Source: Nemertoderma westbladi (taxonomy: Eukaryota > Animalia > Xenacoelomorpha). Taken from it: DNA of 64,000 nucleotides. This document shows, piece by piece, positions 1 through 13,039 of this stretch. Numbering within the stretch: position 1 is the first letter of the stretch; every line of letters begins with the position of its first letter. The notes below the pieces were generated by a model. That model did no database searches. It had not been told where the DNA came from and saw nothing but the letters and a program-made list of their open reading frames with translations. Where the stretch lies: the NCBI GenBank assembly GCA_032718475.1, contig JAUCBJ010008295.1, positions 1 through 64,000 of the forward strand. Direction: 5' to 3'. Both the position numbers and the translations under genes were made by a program.

Positions 1-1899
1 CGCCAACATAGTAGCGGGCTGACGCGGGACGACGGGAGACAAATTATTGATTTCTCTCTCTGCTATCTGGACAGGGGTGTTTGCATGGGCTGTTCCACCG
101 GGTACAGGCAGTGTAGTGCTATGTAAAGGGAATTTAGAGTTAAGCTCTGGAAGTGTAGGGGTCTCTAGCACAGAAGTGACTTTGGGAATTACAGGCCTAA
201 TTATTTCAGGTTCATCGACTATAGTAGGGAGTCTTTTGACCTGGATAAATTGTTCTATAGGTTCTGCACTACCTAAATCTGTGCTAGTTAGCTGTCTTTT
301 AACAGCTGGGGGCAAATCAGGCAATTTACGACGGTAATATGTTTTTCTACGCCTACTTAGATGAGATCTATCTCCTCCGCCTTCAGGGTCGGTAGTATCG
401 CCTTCCTCCGATGATGTGTACCCCTGGCGCTTGGGAGTAGATTTTCTCATCATCTGCATTTGATTAGCAGTAAACTGTTTATTTATACTGTCTTGTGTCT
501 CTTGCAGATTCTCCAACTCCAGTTGGGTAGTCTGCTCAGATGCTCTCCTTTCTGCTTCTCTCACTGCCTTTGCCACCTTTCTTTCTGCTTCTACTTCTGC
601 CGCTGCTGTCTTTCTTTCTGCTGCTGCTTCTGCCGCCACTGCCTTTCTTTCGGCTTCTGCTTCTGCCGTAGCCGCCGCCATAGCCGCCGCCTTTTGTTCC
701 TCTATCCTTCTTTTCTTTATTTGTTCTTCTCGGACTCTAGTGAGGCGGAGTTTTTCATCACATTCAGCTTGGTTTGCAGCTAACATTTCGGCATCGATTG
801 AGTCCAACACAAGCTTGGTTCCTTCACTATTAGGGGAAAGTCCAGCCAGCCGTCTCCTCAACTCTTCGTCTCCTAAGAATCGCTGATAGTCGGACAAATA
901 AATGTCGATAGCGTCTCTAGTTCGCGGTTTCTCGGCGGCCTCTTCGCTTTCCGCTTGAGCAAGGGTGACATCAGTTGGTTCGGTGACATCAGTTGGTTCG
1001 GTGACATCAGTTGGTTCCTCATAGGTTGATCTCTCAGCCAGCTGGGATTTCCACTGGGCTGTTTCCTGTACTTTGAGATCTACCCGATGTAGCCAAGTTT
1101 TGACAGCAACCTGCAGCGACGTGTCCTGTCTTCTTTTGGAAGTTTCCTCAAAGGCTGAGAGGATTAGTCGAATGCGTAGGGTTCTTTCGCGTATTTGATA
1201 TAGCAGTTCTTCCTGCTCTTGAGGTCCGTGAGGTTGTCGAAACAGTTGTTCTTCCAATCGCTCCAAGGATCCGAAGAATCCCTGCACATATCCTGCTGCC
1301 GACCTCTTCCAAACAGCTGGATCCATTGTATCTTTAGCCACTCCCATCCTGTGTATATCTTCCCAAGTAGCCTCGGATAGATCCAACGGAAATCCGAGTC
1401 CGGGAAAGTTCCATTGTGATTCAACAATAGAGATCAATTCTTCCCTGGCGTATCCCGCGTAATTATCTTGGGTCGCTTGCTTATTCTTCGCCCAGTCGGC
1501 TTGATGTTCCTCCACCGCAATGAGTATAGTAGTTAGCACTGCAGCAGGAAGAGTAAGAAGGGGGTCCGAGTAGACTGTATCAGCCATCTGCACTCCATGT
1601 TCGGGAGTCAACTCTACAGTATCCGAACTGCTGGAGCTATCTGGTCTCTGGGAAGTAGGTTCTTGACCAAGATGTTGCTGCGATAGGACAGCTGCCTCTT
1701 GGTCCCGTTTTACCTGTGCCCGAGTGCCTATGATGGACCTATGGTGGACTAGCCTAGGGTCTGATACTACTGGAGGGATGACCTTTTTTACAGTAGGAGG
1801 TGAGCCGAACTCCTCTCTTATTCGCTCCACAATCCTATCGGAATCACAAATAGTTGTATCGATCAGACTGTCCGACAGGTTTTGCTGAGTGTCAGACAT
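1..1899 (-). CDS. gag: N-terminal part of BEL/Pao Gag polyprotein (runs off the window edge)
   Basis: ATG at 1899. The stretches I translated (e.g. WKRSAAGYVQGFFGSLERLEEQLF) match the E3 ORF1 and stay in frame to position 1. An in-frame 18-bp triplication lies at about 964-1018. Confidence 0.85.
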   Translation of the reverse strand, partial: MSDTQQNLSDSLIDTTICDSDRIVERIREEFGSPPTVKKVIPPVVSDPRLVHHRSIIGTRAQVKRDQEAAVLSQQHLGQEPTSQRPDSSSSSDTVELTPEHGVQMADTVYSDPLLTLPAAVLTTILIAVEEHQADWAKNKQATQDNYAGYAREELISIVESQWNFPGLGFPLDLSEATWEDIHRMGVAKDTMDPAVWKRSAAGYVQGFFGSLERLEEQLFRQPHGPQEQEELLYQIRERTLRIRLILSAFEETSKRRQDTSLQVAVKTWLHRVDLKVQETAQWKSQLAERSTYEEPTDVTEPTDVTEPTDVTLAQAESEEAAEKPRTRDAIDIYLSDYQRFLGDEELRRRLAGLSPNSEGTKLVLDSIDAEMLAANQAECDEKLRLTRVREEQIKKRRIEEQKAAAMAAATAEAEAERKAVAAEAAAERKTAAAEVEAERKVAKAVREAERRASEQTTQLELENLQETQDSINKQFTANQMQMMRKSTPKRQGYTSSEEGDTTDPEGGGDRSHLSRRRKTYYRRKLPDLPPAVKRQLTSTDLGSAEPIEQFIQVKRLPTIVDEPEIIRPVIPKVTSVLETPTLPELNSKFPLHSTTLPVPGGTAHANTPVQIAEREINNLSPVVPRQPATMLA

Positions 1900-4069
1900 G
1901 TTTAGTTATACAGTTGAATGTCTACTACTATAGTTTCAGTTAAAGCAAGTCTAGTAATTCAGTATGACCGCAAGCCTAGCGATTTATTACCGGTACCGTT
2001 ACTCGGTGTAACGTGATATATACACAATATATTAGAATACCGGTATGCTTATAATATATAAGTATTATTACAGACTAGATTTGTCACAGAGTACCGGTAT
2101 ATAATTTTAGCACAAATATATATATATATATAGTAGGCCTATAATGAATACCGGTATACAGCTTACACTTACAGCATGTAAGTATAATTATGAACTAGAA
2201 TTAATTACAGAGTACCGGTATGATTTCAGCTCAAATTTATAGAGATAAATATAATAAGCCTATAGTGAGTACCGGTATGTCAATTATTTTAGAATATTTG
2301 AATCTCTGAATATTTTAGGGCTACTTGGTTACTTTAACTTACTTTGTTACCGTTATTTAAGCAGTAGTCCAACTGATAGTGAGACCTAGTTTTTGTATGA
2401 CAGGCCTACTATTTATAAATCGTTTGATTTGATTTATAATATTTATATACCCTTTATATGGGTTTTTGTCAATATTTGAAATAAATGTTATTATTTCTGG
2501 GGGGTCACTACACAGAAGCTGAACGCCTCTTAAGTGAAGTGCTATTTATTTGACACTAAAACTGATAATTCTAATTTACCTAAGTTACTTAATACTACAA
2601 ATTACTTACGATACGGGTGAGATTAATTCTCTAATTAAACACAACAAAATATTACGTACGAATTTTTAGGGTAATTTTACAGGAAGTCTACAAACCAGTC
2701 TAACAAAGGGTTAGAATTCGGTTTATTACAACGGACAGGGTACTACGGTATTTGAAAATAATAAGTAGTAGTAAATATATTGCACTGTCCAGATAGGAAA
2801 ATACCACCGTCTGACGACCTATAACCGTATCGCTATAGGTACTACGTTATGTATCACGGATTGTTCCTACCCAGAAGCTAATAGAGCTAACGAATGTGCC
2901 TATCAACCACTTTACAACACAAATATACTGCCTACACTAATTACTTCGGATAGCACTGTACACTAAACCCTAAATTAGGTACAAGTACCGGTATAACAAA
3001 TAATCAGTAGTTAAATATACTTGAACAGTTAAAAGAACCACGGCATCTGCTGGAGTGACCGAAGCACAAAGTCGTCAGTCTTTACCTACGCCAAGCAGCC
3101 CTGATGTAGTACCGGGGTTAGTTTAACTATAACGGTATGTATAACAAGCACAATTACTGTAGGAATAAACTTGGGGACATGAATGTTGCGAATAATCGCA
3201 TAAACTCTGAATAATAAATATTACGCTACCCGTACAGAATACTCAAACAAATACAAACCAAAAACGCTGGCAGACTACTATTAAGCCTAAACAAACTACT
3301 GTATGTGCAGATTCTGAAACTGTTAGTTAGTATGCGTTCTAACACGGTAGTACGACTTACTCTTTAAGAGGGGATTGACCTTACCGCTTATGGCTGCCCC
3401 AACTTACTAACGGCACTTGATCAGACCAACTCTACACACGCAGCAATCCCTTCAGACCCAAAAATAGCTAGACAACGATCCAGCCTACAAATATTTGAGT
3501 AATAACTATTACGGTACCTGAACAGACCACACAAACGAACACAGGCCGAAACACTGGCAGACTACGATCAAGCCTAAATAAACTACGGTATATGCAGACT
3601 CTGAAACTGTTAGTTAGTATGCGTTCTAACACGGTAGTACGACTTATTCTTTAAGAGGGGATTGACCTTACCGCATATGGCTGCCCCAACTTACTAACGG
3701 CACTTTATCAGACAAACTCTACACACGCCGTAATCTCTCCAAACTCAACAACAGTCAGACAGCAGCTCAGCCTACAATTATCTGAACAATCTGAGCAGGG
3801 TCACACGCCTTCTGCTCAATATTAGCCTACTAGTAAATAAAACCGACAGAAATAAGTAGAATCTCAAATAAAAAATCAGGGCGGCCGTTCCCTGATTAAG
3901 TACCAAGACCTACCGGTATACAACAATCAAAATCGAATAATACTAATGTACTTGTACAGCAGTACCGGTACCGGTGATGACAGTTAGGCCTACTGACCTA
4001 CAGAAGCACCGGTTCAGTTTTACCAGTCACTACGGTATTTTGCAACCTTATTGCTTACTGCAATAAGAT

Positions 4070-4082
4070 TATAAACTGTTAC
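4070..4082 (-). promoter_or_regulatory. Non-tRNA primer-binding site of E1, complementary to LTR segment 4823-4835
   Basis: Plus-strand TATAAACTGTTAC (4070-4082) is the exact reverse complement of GTAACAGTTTATA (4823-4835) and abuts the LTR end. Confidence 0.8.
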
Positions 4083-5316
4083 TGTTCGCGCTTTTGAAGA
4101 CCTTTAGCAGTTTAACCTGCCAAAATTTATATGTCTTTTTGTTAATTAAAACCACTTTAGCATACGACAATAATTTATGCTAATACGCAAAACACTAGCC
4201 GAAGTCAGCCCATGCGCGATCATTCACCCGATGGATCTACACCCGGGAGACTGAATTCGGATGCTTAAATTTTATTATTGCAGTGTAAGGTTGCAGTGTA
4301 TACCTACTGTATTATTCAATAGATCGTTAATGTTTAATCTCTGACAGATATTATTGGCTTTCGGGAAATATTAACAGTTCCTTTAGGGCGTGGCGCTTTA
4401 TCTATTTAAACAGAACTAAGACTTATACTAAAACACAACGATACTGCTTATGATTAAAGTATAAAGCGTATTCTTTAGGAAATACTTTGTTACCAATCAC
4501 AATCATACACACTATTCTGCCGACAGTCAGTATATTTGATCACACATAAAGAGAGCAGTAATTGACTCACGTAGGGTCTGCTAAATAACATTGGATTCAA
4601 TACACACCACATTAATATAAATCGCAATTGTTATGTATAACCGGTCTCTCTAACCTGTAGTGTATCAAGAAAATTGGGAATTTGGGTGATTTATCCGTAT
4701 TATCCAAAGAGCAATATTTCCATCAACAAATAGGTACAATTAATAACTGACGGTAAAATAACAGTACAAACAATATGATTAATGCAATTAAATTAAGTGA
4801 GTAGTTAAGATTAGTTAATGAGGTAACAGTTTATACTTTCGATAATTTAAGCAGTTTACTAGAGTTCTTCCCTAAAGGCCGGTGTTTCTGGCTTAGACAG
4901 CAATAACAACAAAGTATCAAGTAAGAACAGTAAGACTGAACACTCTCCTTATGATCGACTGAAAAGCTACACGTCGACAGGAAAAATCGCTCCGATTGGC
5001 TCAAGCCAAACAAAGAACCGTGCGTCCAATGGCTGTTTCCATGTCAGCAACCAGCTGTTAGATGTCGTAATATGAATCATCACGGCTAAGCTGTGAAAGG
5101 TAGTTGGTGCATTACAGGTTTTTTGCCTTACCATGTCCGCCAAAACACGTATATAGCAGAATGATTTTTATGTCCGTTAAAACACCTGTAAAGGTACCTT
5201 GCGGGCGAGGGGAATATATATACAGTTAGAGAACCTTTTTAGAGTATTCCAGCGCCTGTGGGGAAACTGGATTGCGAAGCAAAAGGGGCCAGTTATATCC
5301 CACAGAAGCTTTTACA
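4083..5316 (-). repeat. 5' LTR of E1 (1234 bp)
   Basis: TG...CA termini on the minus strand. The R/U5-side portion is homologous to the E2/E3 LTRs, while the U3-side portion is divergent. Confidence 0.85.
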
Positions 5317-7493
5317 GAATGTTTCAGTTAGAGTATTTCAGTATGGTATTTCAGTATGGTATTTCAGTACGGTATATTTTAGTACGGTATATTTTAGTAC
5401 AGTATTTCAGTATGGTATTTTAGTACTGTATTTTAGTACGGTATTTCAGTATGGTATTTCAGTACGGTATTTTAGTACAGTATTTCAGTACAGTATTTCA
5501 GTATGGTATTTCAGTACGGTATATTTTAGTACGGTATATTTTAGTACAGTATTTCAGTACAGTATTTCAGTATGGTATTTCAGTACCGGATTTTACTTAG
5601 AATGTTTCAGTTAGAGTATTTCAGTATGGTATTTCAGTATGGTATTTCAGTATGGTATTTCAGTACGGTATATTTTAGTACGGTATATTTTAGTACAGTA
5701 TTTCAGTATGGTATTTTAGTTCTGTATTTTAGTACGGTATTTCAGTATGGTATTTCAGTACGGTATTTTAGTACAGTATTTCAGTACAGTATTTCAGTAT
5801 GGTATTTCAGTACGGTATTTTAGTACAGTATTTCAGTATGTATTTTAGTACGGTATTTCAGTATGGTATTTCAGTACGGTATTTTAGTACGGTATTTCAG
5901 TATGGTATTTCAGTACCGGATTTTACTTAGAATGTTTCAGTTAGAGTATTTCAGTATGGTATTTCAGTATGGTATTTCAGTATGGTATTTCAGTATGGTA
6001 TTTCAGTATGGTATTTCAGTATGGTATTTCAGTACGGTATATTTTAGTACTGTATTTCAGTATGGTATTTCAGTACGGTATATTTTAGTACTGTATTTCA
6101 GTATGGTATTTTAGTACTGTATTTTAGTACGGTATTTCAGTATGGTATTTCAGTATGGTATTTCAGTACGGTATATTTTAGTACTGTATTTCAGTAGGGT
6201 ATTTCAGTACGGTATTTCAGTATGGTATTTCAGTATGGTATTTCAGTACGGTATATTTTAGTACTGTATTTCAGTATGGTATTTTAGTACTGTATTTTAG
6301 TACAGTATTTCAGTATGGTATTTTAGTACTGTATTTTAGTACAGTATTTCAGTATGGTATTTTAGTACTGTATTTTAGTACGGTATTTCAGTATGGTATT
6401 TCAGTATGGTATTTCAGTACGGTATATTTTAGTACTCTATTTCAGTAGGGTATTTCTGTACGTTATTTCAGTACGGTATTTTAGTACAGTATTTCAGTAT
6501 GGTATTTTAGTACTGTATTTTAGTACGGTATTTCAGTATGGTATTTCAGTATGGTATTTCAGTACGGTATATTTTAGTACTGTATTTCAGTATGGTATTT
6601 CAGTATGGTATTTCAGTATGGTATTTTAGTACAGTACTTCAGTATGGTATTTTAGTATGGTATTTCAGTACGTTATTTCAGTACATTATTTTAGTACAGT
6701 ATTTCAGTATGGTATTTCAGTATGGTATTTCAGTACCGGATTTTACTTAGAATGTTTCAGTTAGAGTATTTCAGTATGGTATTTCAGTACGGTATTTCAG
6801 TATGGTATTTCAGTATGGTATTTCAGTACGGTATATTTTAGTACTGTATTTCAGTATGGTATTTTAGTACTGTATTTTAGTACAGTATTTCAGTATGGTA
6901 TTTTAGTACTGTATTTTAGTACAGTATTTCAGTATGGTATTTTAGTACTGTATTTTAGTACGGTATTTCAGTATGGTGTTTCAGTATGGTATTTCAGTAC
7001 GGTATATTTTAGTACTCTATTTCAGTAGGGTATTTCTGTACGTTATTTCAGTACGTTATTTTAGTACAGTATTTCAGTATGGTATTTTAGTACTGTATTT
7101 TAGTACGGTATTTCAGTATGGTATTTCAGTATGGTATTTCAGTACGGTATATTTTAGTACTGTATTTCAGTATGGTATTTCAGTATGGTATTTCAGTATG
7201 GTATTTTAGTACAGTACTTCAGTATGGTATTTTAGTATGGTATTTCTGTACGTTATTTCAGTACATTATTTTAGTACAGTATTTCAGTATAGTATTTCAG
7301 TATGGTATTTCAGTACGGAATTATAATTAGAGTGTTTCAGTTAGAGTATTTCAGTATGGTATTTCAGTAGGCTATTTCTGTACGTTATTTCAGTACGGTA
7401 TTTTACTACTGTATTTTAGTACAGTATTTCAGTACAGTATTTTAGTACAGTATTTTAGTACGGTATTTCAGTATGGTATTTCAGTACGGTATA
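5317..7493. repeat. 13-bp satellite (GTATTTCAGTATG variants) with higher-order structure
   Basis: Tandem units are visible directly. A spacer ACCGGATTTTACTTAGAATGTTTCAGTTAGA recurs at about 5585, 5915 and 6735, with a variant at about 7315. A higher-order block repeats at a 580-bp offset (6393 vs 6973). Confidence 0.95.
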
Positions 7494-8432
7494 TTTTTTG
7501 TTTGTTTAACTCTTTAAGTCTCATTTATTCACATAGATAATAAAACGTTAATGCTAAACAATACCCACCACCAGCCGACGTTACTAGGCAACCAATGTAG
7601 GAGGGAAATTTAAAATGAAATCCTTTGCCCGCCCCCAACACAGAAACAGTCTCTACGGTGTATGAGTATGGAGCATACTACTGTATTTACCCCACCCTAC
7701 CGAACTGCGCCAACACCCAGGGTCTGAGTCCGCGTTAGCCAACCGGATCGATGAGTCGGTGACTGCCTCCCGCACCGGTCGCCTAGCAGCTGAACGGTAC
7801 CCGCGTAAACACATTAAGGACGACATGAGGAGGGAGAAACTGATTCTCCGACGTACCCATAAGACGCACTCCGGATAGGGAACCTGCCGTTTGTCGGACA
7901 ACTTCACCGCCAGTCGTTTGCCAAACTGATGGGCAGCTGGTGCCATTCCGCCGAAAGGTGAGAAAATTAAGGGAGTGAAGGTGGAGTGTTCCACCTCGCG
8001 TAATCTCTCCTCGTATTTCCGGCACTTCCTCGCCTCGTGGTTGAGATGGGCGGCGTCAATCGACATCACCGCGTTGGTGTCTGCCAGCGGGTTGAACACC
8101 GACACATCGATAAACATTTTCTGGTAGCAATTGCCCCAGAATCCGCTCACTGACACGTCGAGCCGCGCCAGCTGGTCCGTCGAGGTGCAGCGGAGGGAGA
8201 AGGACTCCCCCGTTAGTGGCTGGAGCATCGGTTCGACTGCCACATTGTGGGTCACCTCGGTTAGGGTGTCGGCGACGAAATCGCGGATCTCGTTGTGTCT
8301 GATGGAGGGGAAACCTCCAGTGGGACACGACAGAACGTGGGTTGTAGAAAATCGGGACCCACAAACACAATGAGATGGTAGGTACTTCGGCGACCAACCG
8401 TAGCGGAGACAAACAGCATCCCAAAAGCGCAT
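7494..8432 (-). mobile_element. 5'-truncated CRE-like (restriction-like endonuclease) non-LTR retrotransposon: C-terminal CCHC plus RLE domain
   Basis: ORF 7653-8432 has CVCG..F...H..SC..GG...RHN, ARLD, FIDV.V, E..K..KY, FTPL.FS..GGM and RISF.LL motifs. AATAAA and an A-rich tail lie on the minus strand near 7494-7530. Confidence 0.82.
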
Positions 8433-8944
8433 ACAAAAAACCTTTGGGGCTTGATATCTCGGAATGAGGTTATTGGAGTTACGTGCCTTTACCTTTTGAG
8501 GGCAGATTTTATTGCGTTGTTTAAATCTTATAGTATGAAAGGGACTGCGATAACATGTCTTCCATGTTTGTAATTGTTGAAATTAAGTTTGTAGAATGTA
8601 TTGTTTGTGCGAAATACTAAACGAATGTTGACTGAATCCAATTCCCAGAACATAATAATTATCAATATGAGACATGTGACGAACATGAACATGAACGAAC
8701 AACAGGGATTTCTATTCTGTATGAAACTCGCTGGTTACAGTTGTGTGTGCCGGCCTCGATCCTAATCCGAATCGACTGTCATGTAACCCTAATCCTAAGT
8801 CATAATCTAAGAAATTTAGAGGAATTTCTGACATTATTGCCATCTAGGCCCGAAGGGCCGTTAAATAAATTACAGTTATAATTATGTTTAAGGCCTGACT
8901 AAGTAACCCTACCAAAAGAAAAAACGAATTAAATAACCGCCTTG

Positions 8945-9130
8945 TTTGTATTGTACACTTTGACTCGTTTTGTACCTTTGACCGCCTGGTTTTTGTACCC
9001 TTTGTCTCGTTGTACCCTTTGACCGCCTGGTTTGTAGCCTTTGTCTCGTTGTACGCTTTCCTGTTGTACCTTTGACTCGTTTTGTTCCCTTTGACTCGCT
9101 ATACCCATTTACCTTTGTACCCATTGACTA
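8945..9130. repeat. Short degenerate tandem repeat (TGTACCTTTGAC-type)
   Basis: Repeated TTGTACC(C)TTTG motifs. Confidence 0.7.
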
Positions 9131-10053
9131 GTGTAAGGTGCCAGACTCGCAAAATGATTGCCTGAGTATTTAATCGTGATTCTTTAGAATAATAATTGCT
9201 AATTTATTTCGTTGAGGTGTTGACATGATAAATTAGTATTTCAGTATCTATAATATCGGCATAAGGTAAGGTTTAATATTTTTTGCAAATTGGATCGCCT
9301 CTATGCCTAAAACTTTTTTTCCTGTTAAATTTTATTTCCAGTTGCCGTTACACACACAAATCCTCTGTGCGCCTTTGGGTTGGGGTGGTGCAGATTAAGA
9401 GGGGGTTGAAGGGGGGAACAGTAGTCAGCCAGCAACACCCCAACGCACTAATAATAGCTGCAGGAACCAGCTCCAATGATAATAGTGATTTTATTAATCG
9501 GTTCTATGGAGAAAAGTCACGCTCCTCCCCATCCTGATTGATCTGTCTACTATTGTAATTACTCATCTGTAAATTTGATAACCAATATGATATTAACTAC
9601 ATCTATACCATTAAATTGTGTATTGTGATGTGTGACTGGGACATTGACTGTTGTGATATTTCGAATTTCAACCACAGTATTGTGGAATTACTGTAGCAAT
9701 GGGTTCAGGGCGTGGCCTAAGATAAAAGTTTACGATATTGTCGTAAACAGTAAATGTAATAAATTTAATGCGTTCTAAATGAAAAAATTTGCCCCCGAAA
9801 TATAACTTCGATCTTATATCCTTCTTTGCTGACTAGAATAACCCCATTTCCTTTACTAAACGAAATATTCCAAATTTTATCTTATCTCTTCCCAGTGCCC
9901 AGTAGTGCAGCTAATTACTTGTTAGAAGTAAGTTCGTTGAGTAAGTTGATAGTTGGAACAGATCTTGTGGAAGCTGCAACACAATCTTTAGAAAGTAAAG
10001 ACTTTTATTCCAAGCGGACAATAGTTTGTCAGCTTTTCATTTATTTTAAATGT

Positions 10054-12192
10054 CTTCTGTTGAAAGGCCAATATAAAAGTTGAAAGGCTTTCTTATCCCA
10101 GATATGATTAGCTAACTCCTTCTGTTGAAAAGCCAATATAAAAGTTGAAAGGCTTTCTTATCCCAGATATGATTGGCTAACTCCTTCTGTTGAAAGGTCA
10201 ATATAAAAGTTGAAAGGCTTTCTTATCCCAGATATGATTGGCTAACTCCTTCTGTTGAAAGGCCACTATAAAAGTTGAAAGGCTTTCTTATCCCAGATAT
10301 GATTGGCTAACTCCTTCTGTTGAAAGGTCAATATAAAAGTTGAAAGGCTTTCTTATCCCAGATATGATTGGCTAACTCCTTCTGTTGAAAGGCCACTATA
10401 AAAGTTGAAATGCTTTCTTATCCCAGATATGATTGGCTAACTCCTTCTGTTGAAAGGCCAATATAAAAGTTGAAAGGCTTTCTCATCCCAGATATTATTG
10501 GCTAACTCCTTCTGTTGAAAGGCCAATATAAAAGTTGAAAGGCTTTCTTATCCCAGATATGATTGGCTAACTCCTTCTGTTGAAAGGCCACTATAAAAGT
10601 TGAAATGCTTTCTTATCCCAGATATGATTGGCTAACTCCTTCTGTTGAAAGGTCAATATAAAAGTTGAAAGGCTTTCTTATCCCAGATATGATTGGCTAA
10701 CTCCTTCTGTTGAAAGGCCACTATAAAAGTTGAAATGCTTTCTTATCCCAGATATGATTGGCTAACTCCTTCTGTTGAAAGGCCAATATAAAAGTTGAAA
10801 GGCTTTCTCATCCCAGATATTATTGGCTAACTCCTTCTGTTGAAAGGCCAATATAAAAGTTGAAAGGCTTTCTTATCCCAGATATGATTGGCTAACTCCT
10901 TCTGTTGAAAGGCCAATATAAAAGTTGAAAGGCTTTCTTATAGCAGAGATATGATTGGCTAACTCCTTCTTTTGAAATGTCAATATAAAAGTTGAAAGGC
11001 TTTCTTATCCCAGATATGATTGGCTAACTCCTTCTGCTGAAAGACCAATATAAAATTTGAAAGGCTTTCTCATCCCAGATATTATTGGCTAACTCCTTCT
11101 GTTGAAAGGCCAATCCAATATAAAAGTTGAAAGGCTTTCGTATCCCAGATATGATTGGCTAACTCCTTCTGTTGAAAGGCCAATATAAAAGTTGAAAGGC
11201 TTTCTTATCCCAGATATGATTGGCTACCTAATTCTGTTGAAAGGCCAATATAAAAGTTGAAAGGCTTTCTTATCCCAGATATGATTGGCTAACTCCTTCT
11301 GTTGAAAGGCCAATATAAAAGTTGAAAGGCTTTCTTATCCCAGATATGATTGGCTACCTAATTCTGTTGAAAGGCCAATATAAAAGTTGAAAGGCTTTCT
11401 TATCCCAGATATGATTGGCTAACTCCTTCTGTTGAAAGGCCAATATAAAAGTTGAAAGGCTTTCTTATCCCAGATATGATTGGCTAACTCATTCTGTTAA
11501 AAGGTCAATATAAAAGTTGAAAGGCTTTCTTATCCAGATGTGATTTGCTAACTCCTTCTGTTGAAAGGCCAATATAAAAGTTGAAAGGCTTTCTTATCCC
11601 AGATATGATTGGCTAACTCCTTATCTTGAAAGGCCAATATAAAAGTTGAAAGGCTTTCTTATCCAGATGTGATTTGCTAACTCCTTCTGTTGAAAGGCCA
11701 ATATAAAAGTTGAAAGGCTTTCTTATCCCAGATATGATTGGCTAACTCCTTATCTTGAAAGGCCAAATAAAAGTTGAAAGGCTTTCTTATCCCAGATATG
11801 ATTGGCTAACTCATTCTGTTGAAAGGTCAATATAAAAGTTGAAAGGCTTTCTTATCCAGATGTGATTTGCTAACTCCTTCTGTTGAAAGGCCAATATAAA
11901 AGTTGAAAGGCTTTCTTATCCAGATGTGATTTGCTATCTCCTTCTGTTGAAAGGCCAATATAAAAGTTGAAAGGCTTTCTTATCCCAGATATGATTGGCT
12001 AACTCCTTATCTTGAAAGGCCAATATAAAAGTTGAAAGGCTTTCTTATCCCAGATATGATTGGCTAACTCCTTCTGTTGAAAGGCCAATATAAAAGTTGA
12101 AAGGCTTTCTTATCCCAGATATGATTGGCTAACTCCTTCTGTTGAAAGGCTAATATAAAAGTTGAAAGGCTTTCTTATCCCAGATATGATTG
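10054..12192. repeat. 65-bp tandem satellite, about 33 copies
   Basis: Unit CTTCTGTTGAAAGGCCAATATAAAAGTTGAAAGGCTTTCTTATCCCAGATATGATTGGCTAACTC, with period 65 checked at 10201/10266/10331. Confidence 0.97.
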
Positions 12193-13039
12193 CGAATAAC
12201 TCCAATGAAGTCCGCGATTCTAAAAAATTGTTGCTCATGATTTATAGACCAGTAATTCAAAGATATTTTTGGACGTCGAGTATACCACCATAATGCGACA
12301 ACACCCTTACCAGAACGGCTTTAAGTCTATTGAGAATGACAAACGTCGTCTCTCTACATGCAATGGCCGTATACTCAATGTTGATCGAGCTTCCTTTAAC
12401 ACTTCCATGGTCTACACGTTGAGATATGCTGCGAGTTCAAAATGCAGTTGTCTTACTTAGAAGTGTAACTCAACATTATATCAGTGGAGAATTGGCTTCG
12501 GCCTATAATGTCATTCAGCCGGGGTCATAGTACTTTATCCTACTTACCGGTAGATATTTCGTTTTACTGTTGCGCGTTTAACTATTTGATCCAACGAAAC
12601 GGCAATAAATATATCTTAATATTCGCTTACTCTTAACTACCTCTTTTTACTTTATTACCTATCATCTTATTGGTGTAATGTGTTTTTGTCACAATAGTGA
12701 TAGAAATGAGGTATCTGGTCGGAAAAGTTGTGCAAAGGGGCGCCTCAAAGCCGATAGTCCTGAAGAACGTGTTGGGAAGTGGAAAAATCACTTCAGCAAC
12801 TTGCTTGGGCAGCCACCAAACATCGAGAAAATATAATTCAATTACCAATTAATTTCGCCCCTCGCGGCATCCTCAGGGTTCGCAACAACAACAAGCTCTA
12901 TCGTACTACTAAATCGAACCAACTACATTAATCTGATAATTACAGAGTTTCAACTCACTACTGCAGTAGCCGACAGTACTGCAGTACCGGTACCTTAGTA
13001 CAAGCAATTAATGTTGAGACGTTAAATCAACAAACCAAA

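Larger units (their letters stand above)
1..5316 (-). mobile_element. BEL/Pao LTR retrotransposon copy E1 (5' part only: 5' LTR, 2.2-kb leader, start of gag)
   Basis: Gag translation (MSDTQQNLSDSLID...) is homologous to the ORF at 43688. The LTR starts TGTAAAAGC and ends CGCGAACA on the minus strand, like the other copies. Confidence 0.92.

Noticed and set aside
5199-7330. ORFs with YFSMVFQYGISVW repeats, and similar ORFs at 13022-14431 and 35272-37101
   Set aside because: Translations of tandem repeats.
10054-12192. CRISPR-like appearance of regular repeats
   Set aside because: Units are contiguous with no unique spacers, there are no cas genes, and the context is eukaryotic.
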